Shown: positions 58,579 through 64,000 of the stretch, one piece after another
Layout of the letters: the number at the start of each line of letters is the position of its first letter
Numbering within the stretch: position 1 is the first letter of the stretch
Notes under the pieces: generated by a model
What the model was told of the DNA's origin: nothing
The model's database searches: none
The model's input: only the letters and a program-made list of their open reading frames with translations
DNA from: an uncultured Thermotogae bacterium
GTDB taxonomy: Bacteria; Bipolaricaulota; Bipolaricaulia; UBA7950; UBA9294
NCBI GenBank assembly: GCA_964466035.1
Contig: CAYXLR010000003.1
Coordinates: 12,728-76,727, forward strand
Reading direction: 5' to 3'
DNA: 64,000 nucleotides
Position numbers and translations under genes: made by a program

Positions 58579-60979
58579 TCGTCCTGACGACGGAGACGAT
58601 CCGATCGTCCTCCTCCAGCTGAACCAGCCGGACGCCGCGCGCGTACCGCCGGTAGACGTTGATGTCGCCGGCGAGGATCCGGATGACGTGCTGCTCGGTC
58701 GTGATGATCAGCTCGTCCTGATCGGAGACGACGCCGACCGAAACAAGGTCGCCGGACTCGGCGTCGAGCTTGATTCCTTGCACGCCCTTCCCGCCGCGTC
58801 CTTGAAGCGGGAAGTCGTCGAGCGAGACGCGCTTTCCGTAGCCGCGCTCCGTGACCATCAGAATCTTTTTGTCCATCGTGATGTCGCGGCCGAGGCAGGC
58901 CATCCCGATGACCGCGTCGCCCTCGTCGAGGCGGATTCCGATCACGCCGCGCGACGGCCGCTTCGTCAATCGGACGTCCGATTCGCGGAAGCGGATCGTC
59001 TGCCCGTTGAGCGTCGCGAGGACGATGTCGCCGCCGCCCTCGGTCACCGCCACCCAGACAAGCCGATCGTCCTCGTCGGCGTTGATCGCGTTGATCCCCG
59101 TGATGTGCACGTTCGAGTAGTTCGCCAGCCGGTTCTTGTTGACGATCCCGTTCGCCGTGGACATCACGATCAGCTCCTCCTCGACGTCGTCGAAGCTGCG
59201 CACCGGCACGATCGCTCGAACGACCTCCTCCTGCTCGAGCGGGACGAAGCTTCGCAGGTTCTTGCCGGCCGCGTCGCGATTCATCGACGGGAGCTTGTAC
59301 CCCTGGGTCCGGTAGACCTTCCGCTGGTCGGAGAAGAAGAGGAGCTGGTCGCGCGCGTTGACGAGGCTGCACAGGAGGACGTAATCGTCCTCCTTCGTCC
59401 GCTGGCCGATGACCCCCTTCCCGCCGCGTCCCTGGCTCCGGAAGTCGATCGCCCGCGGCGCGTTGACGTAGCCGCGGTTCGTCACCGTCACCATCAGGTC
59501 GTAGTCGGGGATCAGCTCGTTGAAATCGACGTCGCCGTTTTCGTCGGTGATCACCGTCCGACGGGCGTCGGTGTGCCGGTCGGCGATCTCCTGGAGTTCG
59601 CGCACGATCGTCCCGTCGAGCACGACGTCGCTGCCGAGGATCTCCTCGTAGCTGGCGATCGCCTTCAGCTTCTCGTCGTACTCGGCGTCGATCTTCTCCC
59701 CTTCGAGGGCGGTCAACTGCGACAGTCGCATCCGGAGGATCGCCTCGACCTGTTCGTCGGACAGGGCCAGTTCCCCCTGGAGCGTCCTCTGCGCCATCGC
59801 GGTGTCCTTCGAGCCGCGGATGATCTCGATGACCCGTTCGATGTTGTCGAGCGCGGTCCGATATCCCGCGAGGATGTGGGCCCGCTTGCGCGCGGCGTCG
59901 AGCCGATGCTCGGTCCGGCGGCGGACGACCTCGCGACGGAAGTCGATGAAGCAGTTGAGGATCTCCTTGAGCGAGAGCGTCCGCGGATTCCCGTCGATGA
60001 TGACGAGAAAGACCGCGGCGAACGTCCGCTCGAGCGGCGTGTACTTGTACAACTGGTTCAGGACCACGTTCGGGTTCGCCGAGCGCTTCATCTCGATGAC
60101 GATCCGCAGTCCTTCGCGGTCCGACTCGTCGCGGAGATCGGAGATCCCGTCGATCTGACCCTCTCGAACCTTGTTGGCGATCGACTCGACGATCGTCGAC
60201 TTGCGGACGAGATACGGGATCTCGGTGATCACGATCCGGTCGTCGTCGATCGCCGCTCGGGCCCGAACGGTCATCTTTCCGTGGCCGGTCCGGTACATCT
60301 CCTCGATTCCGTCGCGCCCCATGACGAGTCCGCCGGTGGGGAAATCCGGCCCCGGGATGTGCCTCATCAACTCCTTGACCGTCATCATCGGGTTGTCCAT
60401 CAGGGCGATCACGCCGTCGATCAGCTCCCCGAGGTGGTGGGGCGGAATCTGCGTCGTCATCCCGACCGAGATCCCCCACGCGCCGTTCATCAGCAGGTTG
60501 GGCACCTTGGCCGGCAGGACGACCGGCTCTTCGAGCGAGTCGTCGAAGTTCGGGACCCAATCGACGGTCCCTTCTTCCAGCTCATCGAGGAACTCCATCG
60601 CGATCGGGGCGAGCCGCGCCTCGGTGTATCGCGTCGCCGCCGCCGGATCTCCGTCGATCGAGCCGAAGTTCCCCTGACCGTCGACGAGGGGATACCGGTA
60701 AGAGAACGGCTGCGCCATGTTAACCATGGTGTCGTAGATCGCGAGATCCCCGTGCGGATGGTACTTTCCCATCACCTCGCCGACGACGCGTGCCGATTTC
60801 CGATGCGGCTTTCCGGGGGTGACGCCGAGCTCGCGCATCCCGTACAGGATTCGCTTTTGAACCGGTTTCAGCCCGTCGCGGACGTCCGGGATGGCGCGAC
60901 CGCGGATGACGCTCATCGCGTAGTTGATGTACGACTGCTCCATCTCGTCTTCGATGAACGTTCGCTCGATCCGTTCCAT
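58574..60979 (-). CDS. gyrA: DNA gyrase subunit A
   Basis: Catalytic Tyr in [11 protein letters not shown], GyrA box and six C-terminal beta-pinwheel repeats. 801 aa. Confidence 0.9.
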   Translation of the reverse strand: MERIERTFIEDEMEQSYINYAMSVIRGRAIPDVRDGLKPVQKRILYGMRELGVTPGKPHRKSARVVGEVMGKYHPHGDLAIYDTMVNMAQPFSYRYPLVDGQGNFGSIDGDPAAATRYTEARLAPIAMEFLDELEEGTVDWVPNFDDSLEEPVVLPAKVPNLLMNGAWGISVGMTTQIPPHHLGELIDGVIALMDNPMMTVKELMRHIPGPDFPTGGLVMGRDGIEEMYRTGHGKMTVRARAAIDDDRIVITEIPYLVRKSTIVESIANKVREGQIDGISDLRDESDREGLRIVIEMKRSANPNVVLNQLYKYTPLERTFAAVFLVIIDGNPRTLSLKEILNCFIDFRREVVRRRTEHRLDAARKRAHILAGYRTALDNIERVIEIIRGSKDTAMAQRTLQGELALSDEQVEAILRMRLSQLTALEGEKIDAEYDEKLKAIASYEEILGSDVVLDGTIVRELQEIADRHTDARRTVITDENGDVDFNELIPDYDLMVTVTNRGYVNAPRAIDFRSQGRGGKGVIGQRTKEDDYVLLCSLVNARDQLLFFSDQRKVYRTQGYKLPSMNRDAAGKNLRSFVPLEQEEVVRAIVPVRSFDDVEEELIVMSTANGIVNKNRLANYSNVHITGINAINADEDDRLVWVAVTEGGGDIVLATLNGQTIRFRESDVRLTKRPSRGVIGIRLDEGDAVIGMACLGRDITMDKKILMVTERGYGKRVSLDDFPLQGRGGKGVQGIKLDAESGDLVSVGVVSDQDELIITTEQHVIRILAGDINVYRRYARGVRLVQLEEDDRIVSVVRTT

Positions 60980-61117
60980 GCCCCACCCCCTCACTCAGAC
61001 GAACACCATAGGATACCGAAACTCCTGTCCCCAAGCAAGTTTAGCGGCGTTCCGCCGACCCCAAAGAAGAACCCTCGCTCTCGACGAGCGAGGGTCGATG
61101 TGTGCGCGTGCCTCGGG

Positions 61118-62281
61118 CTAGATGATCGAGTACGGATCGACCGCGTCTCGCACCGCGTCGCCCATGAAGTTGAACGCCAGCACCGAGATCACGATGAAGA
61201 CCCCGGGGATCAGGATCCACGGGTGCTGCTCGATCGCGCCGATGTTCGTCGCGGCATTGAGAAGGGCCCCCCAGCTGGTCATCGGCTCCTGAATCCCGTA
61301 GCCGAGGAAGCTGAGCGCCGCCTCGGTCAGCATCATCGCCGGGATCGTCAGTGTGGCGTTGACGATCAGGTAGCTCGTCACGTTGGGGATGATGTGCCGG
61401 AGGATGACGCGCAGGTCCTGTGCTCCGGCGGCCCGCGCGGCGGTGACGAAGTCCATCTCTCGGATGGCGAGGACCTGCCCGCGGATGACGCGCGCCGTTC
61501 CTCCCCATCCAGTAATCGCCAAGGCGACGATCATCCCCATGAAGACCATCCCCGCCGACAGGCCGAACCCCCGAAGGGCCGCGCCCATCGCCATCAGGAT
61601 CGGCAGGGCGGGGATCGCGAGCATCACCTCGCATGCCCGTTGGATGAACATGTCGACGCCGCCGCCGTAGTACCCGGACAGACCGCCCAGGACGATCGCA
61701 ATCGGCAGGACGCAGAGGATCACCAACGGTCCGACGGAGAGCGAGACCCAGCTCCCCACGAGGCAGCGGGTGAACAGGTCTCGGCCGAGTCCGTCCGTCC
61801 CCAACGCGAAGACCTCCGCCGCGGAGCCGTCCTCCGCGACCGCGCCGAACAGGTGGACGTTCGTCGGAATGAGCCCGAACAACTGGTACTCCGCCTCGCC
61901 GCGGACGAAGAACCGGATGTAGTACTTCGTGCTCGTGTCCTCGACGTACGTCGTCTGGTACGTCGCCCGGTCGAGCGTCCTCTCGGTCTTGTAGACGAAC
62001 GGCCGCGACAGCGAACCGTTCTCGTCGCGGAAGTGAACCGTCGACGGCGGCGAGTACGGATAGGCGCGGTACTGCTTCCCGTAGTGATACGGGGCGACGA
62101 ACTCGGCGAACACCGCCAGAAGAACGAAGATCAGGACGACCACCGTGCCGACGTTCCCGACGCGGTGGCGCTTGAACGCGCGCCAGATCATCTCCCCCTG
62201 CGAGCGACTGACGAACTCCTTCGGGGCGCCGTCGACCGGGATCGGTTCGGTCTCCTTCTTTCGTCGTAGCCATCGTGCCAT
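61118..62281 (-). CDS. ABC transporter permease (DppC/OppC family)
   Basis: BPD_transp_1 with an N-terminal extension. Paired with the downstream DppB-like gene. Confidence 0.8.
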   Translation of the reverse strand: MARWLRRKKETEPIPVDGAPKEFVSRSQGEMIWRAFKRHRVGNVGTVVVLIFVLLAVFAEFVAPYHYGKQYRAYPYSPPSTVHFRDENGSLSRPFVYKTERTLDRATYQTTYVEDTSTKYYIRFFVRGEAEYQLFGLIPTNVHLFGAVAEDGSAAEVFALGTDGLGRDLFTRCLVGSWVSLSVGPLVILCVLPIAIVLGGLSGYYGGGVDMFIQRACEVMLAIPALPILMAMGAALRGFGLSAGMVFMGMIVALAITGWGGTARVIRGQVLAIREMDFVTAARAAGAQDLRVILRHIIPNVTSYLIVNATLTIPAMMLTEAALSFLGYGIQEPMTSWGALLNAATNIGAIEQHPWILIPGVFIVISVLAFNFMGDAVRDAVDPYSII

Positions 62282-62313
62282 CTTGGTCCCTCGATCTCCT
62301 TATGTTTGCCCGC

Positions 62314-63303
62314 TCAGTTGTAGCGGATCCTCGGATCGACCCACGCGAGCAGGAAGTCCGCGATCAGGTTCCCGATCAACAGGAACAGGCTGAAGAAGAG
62401 CAGCGCCCCCATGATCACCGGGTTGTCCTGCCTCTGGAGCGCACTGAAGAACGCGCGGCCGACCGTCGGGAGGTTGAGCACGATCGCCGTGATGACCGAA
62501 CCGCCCACCAATGTCGGGAGGGTCAACCCGAGGACCGTGACGAGCGGGTTGATCGCGTTACGGACCGCGTGCTTGTAGATCACCACGCGTTCCGTGAGCC
62601 CCTTCGACCGAGCCGTCTGTACGTACGGAAGCTGCAGCGTGTCGAGAAGGTTCCCGCGCATCAGGCGGATCAGGCCGGCCATCCCGCCGGTCCCCAGGAC
62701 GAGCCACGCCGGCCACAGGTGCCAGAGGTAGTTGCAGAACTTCGCCCAGGACATCGACGCGTCGTAGAAGCGGCCGTCGAGGAGACCGCCGACTCCCAGC
62801 CCGTGGTCACCGACCCTGAACACCACGACGAGCAGCCACAACAAGACCAGCGCGAAGAAGAAGTTCGGAATCGACAGTCCCAAGAACCCCAAGAACGTCA
62901 CCACGTGATCGCTCGGTTTGTATTGATGCGTCGCGGAGTAAATCCCGATGGGGATCGCGAGGAGCCACGTCAAGACCAGCGTCGTCGACGCCAGGATGAT
63001 CGTCCACAGGAGTCGGTTCCCGAAGAAGAGCGTCTTGAACACGCCCATCCGCGTGTCGAAAGACTTGCCGAAGTCGCCGCGAACGACGTTCTTCAGCCAG
63101 AACCAATACTGAATGATAAACGGTCGATCCAAGCCGTACCGCGCCACTTGGGCCCGGAACGTCTCCTCGGTGATCTGCGGGTTGAGACGGGCCGTCGTCA
63201 TGTAGTCGCCCGGCATGAGATGAATCAGGGAGAACGAGATCAGCGAGACGATCAGCAACAGGGGGATCATGTACAGCGTCCGCCGGAGGATGTATGTCAG
63301 CAT
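62314..63303 (-). CDS. ABC transporter permease (DppB/OppB family)
   Basis: MLTYILRRTLYMIPLL start and an EAA loop (LPYVQTARSKGLTERVVIYKHAVRNA). Confidence 0.8.
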   Translation of the reverse strand: MLTYILRRTLYMIPLLLIVSLISFSLIHLMPGDYMTTARLNPQITEETFRAQVARYGLDRPFIIQYWFWLKNVVRGDFGKSFDTRMGVFKTLFFGNRLLWTIILASTTLVLTWLLAIPIGIYSATHQYKPSDHVVTFLGFLGLSIPNFFFALVLLWLLVVVFRVGDHGLGVGGLLDGRFYDASMSWAKFCNYLWHLWPAWLVLGTGGMAGLIRLMRGNLLDTLQLPYVQTARSKGLTERVVIYKHAVRNAINPLVTVLGLTLPTLVGGSVITAIVLNLPTVGRAFFSALQRQDNPVIMGALLFFSLFLLIGNLIADFLLAWVDPRIRYN

Positions 63304-63397
63304 CTGTCTACCTTCCGATTGACAACGAGCGCGGGATAAAGACGGGGTGCGGCGCGAGGCGAAGCCCCGCGCCGCATCCCCAATGCTCGCTTCCTGG

Positions 63398-64000
63398 TTA
63401 GATTCTCCTGTCGAAGCAGAGCTCCGTCAGCAGCCCGTTGTTCCCACCGGGGGTCGAGATCGGGCTCGCAGCCTGAGCGTTCCCGACGTAGTTGTAGTGC
63501 GCGTACTGGAAGGTCCGCAGCACCGTGTACACGTACCCCAGCTGGTGCGCCAAGAGCTGCTGGTACTCCTTGTAGTACTCGAACGCCTCGTCCAGGTCGA
63601 ACGTGTTCGCACCCAGACCGAGTAGCTCGTCGATCCGCAGATCGACCTCGTCCGGGTCCTCGCACGCCGAGTATCGATAGGCGTGCAGGGAGCCGCACGA
63701 GTTGTAGACGTTCGAACCGCTGTTCGGCTCGTCTCCACCGGTCAGACCAAGGTAGATCAGGTCTCCGGTCGAAGAGAACAGCTGACCGACCAGCGTGTTG
63801 AAGTCGACGACCTGGAAGTTGCAGTTCAGGTCCACCGCGCGGAAGTCGTCCTGAAGGATCAGGCAGTATCCGACGCGGAGGGTGTTGTCGTTGGTGTTGA
63901 GCTCGATCGTGAGCGGGGCTCCGCTCGGGAGATCCCGCCAGCCGTCGCCGTCTGCATCGACGACACCGAGGTCGTCGAGCTTGCTCGCCGCCAGCGCCGG
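63398..64000 (-). CDS. ABC transporter substrate-binding protein, family 5 (peptide/nickel), C-terminal part; the gene continues beyond the window end
   Basis: C-terminal SBP_bac_5-like sequence upstream of the two permeases. It is partial because the window ends before the gene start. Confidence 0.55.
   Translation of the reverse strand, partial: PALAASKLDDLGVVDADGDGWRDLPSGAPLTIELNTNDNTLRVGYCLILQDDFRAVDLNCNFQVVDFNTLVGQLFSSTGDLIYLGLTGGDEPNSGSNVYNSCGSLHAYRYSACEDPDEVDLRIDELLGLGANTFDLDEAFEYYKEYQQLLAHQLGYVYTVLRTFQYAHYNYVGNAQAASPISTPGGNNGLLTELCFDRRI

Noticed and set aside
57369-60560. 1063-aa minus ORF
   Set aside because: Only the C-terminal 402 aa form the real product (tyrS). The upstream portion is an alternative frame within gyrA.
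1-64000. tRNA/rRNA genes
   Set aside because: I scanned intergenic regions by eye for T-loop-like (GTTCGAATC or GTTCAAATC and their complements) and CCA-end contexts and for rRNA-like conserved blocks. None was found, but a manual scan can miss tRNAs, so tRNAscan should be run.

Overview
This is a high-GC (about 68-70 %) bacterial chromosomal segment, probably from a metagenome-assembled genome; the lineage cannot be fixed from sequence alone. Most of the long six-frame ORFs on the opposite strand to real genes are GC-driven artefacts. I can support about 65 genes and no rRNA, tRNA or CRISPR. Three areas deserve the most attention. (1) At 33.7-44.3 kb a 2008-aa bacterial alpha-2-macroglobulin with an intact CTEQ thioester motif is followed by a 1266-aa secreted protein with NEW3/CARDB-like domains and four C-terminal PKD repeats, and no PBP1C-type partner is present. 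(2) At 44.4-52.4 kb a complete 14-gene Mrp-Mbh-type membrane-bound [NiFe] hydrogenase cluster is collinear with archaeal mbhA-N, has intact NiFe-binding motifs, is tightly translationally coupled, and carries no hyp maturation genes in the window. (3) At 52.4-57.4 kb, between mbhN and tyrS, lies a mosaic accessory region that is partly low-GC: a large membrane protein, a HEPN/MNT toxin-antitoxin cassette bounded by 18-19 nt direct repeats with a tandem duplication of the HEPN 3' end, a methyltransferase, and a lipoprotein amidase flanked by about 90-bp direct repeats that are copies of the tyrS 3' end, with a third degraded tyrS-end remnant at about 55.65 kb. This last pattern looks like serial insertion at a tyrS-3' hotspot. 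Smaller items include an aldehyde:ferredoxin oxidoreductase followed by two overlapping MoaD-like ubiquitin-fold genes (one apparently frameshifted inside a C6 run before its GG terminus), an AAC(3)-GNAT fusion, a 15-Cys mini-protein, a 38-aa lysine/arginine-rich ORF, and a membrane-anchored winged-helix regulator with a secreted beta-helix protein and an orphan ABC permease. Housekeeping genes present are folD, PolX, surE, rsmD, uppP, gltX, tyrS, gyrA and an oligopeptide-type ABC importer.
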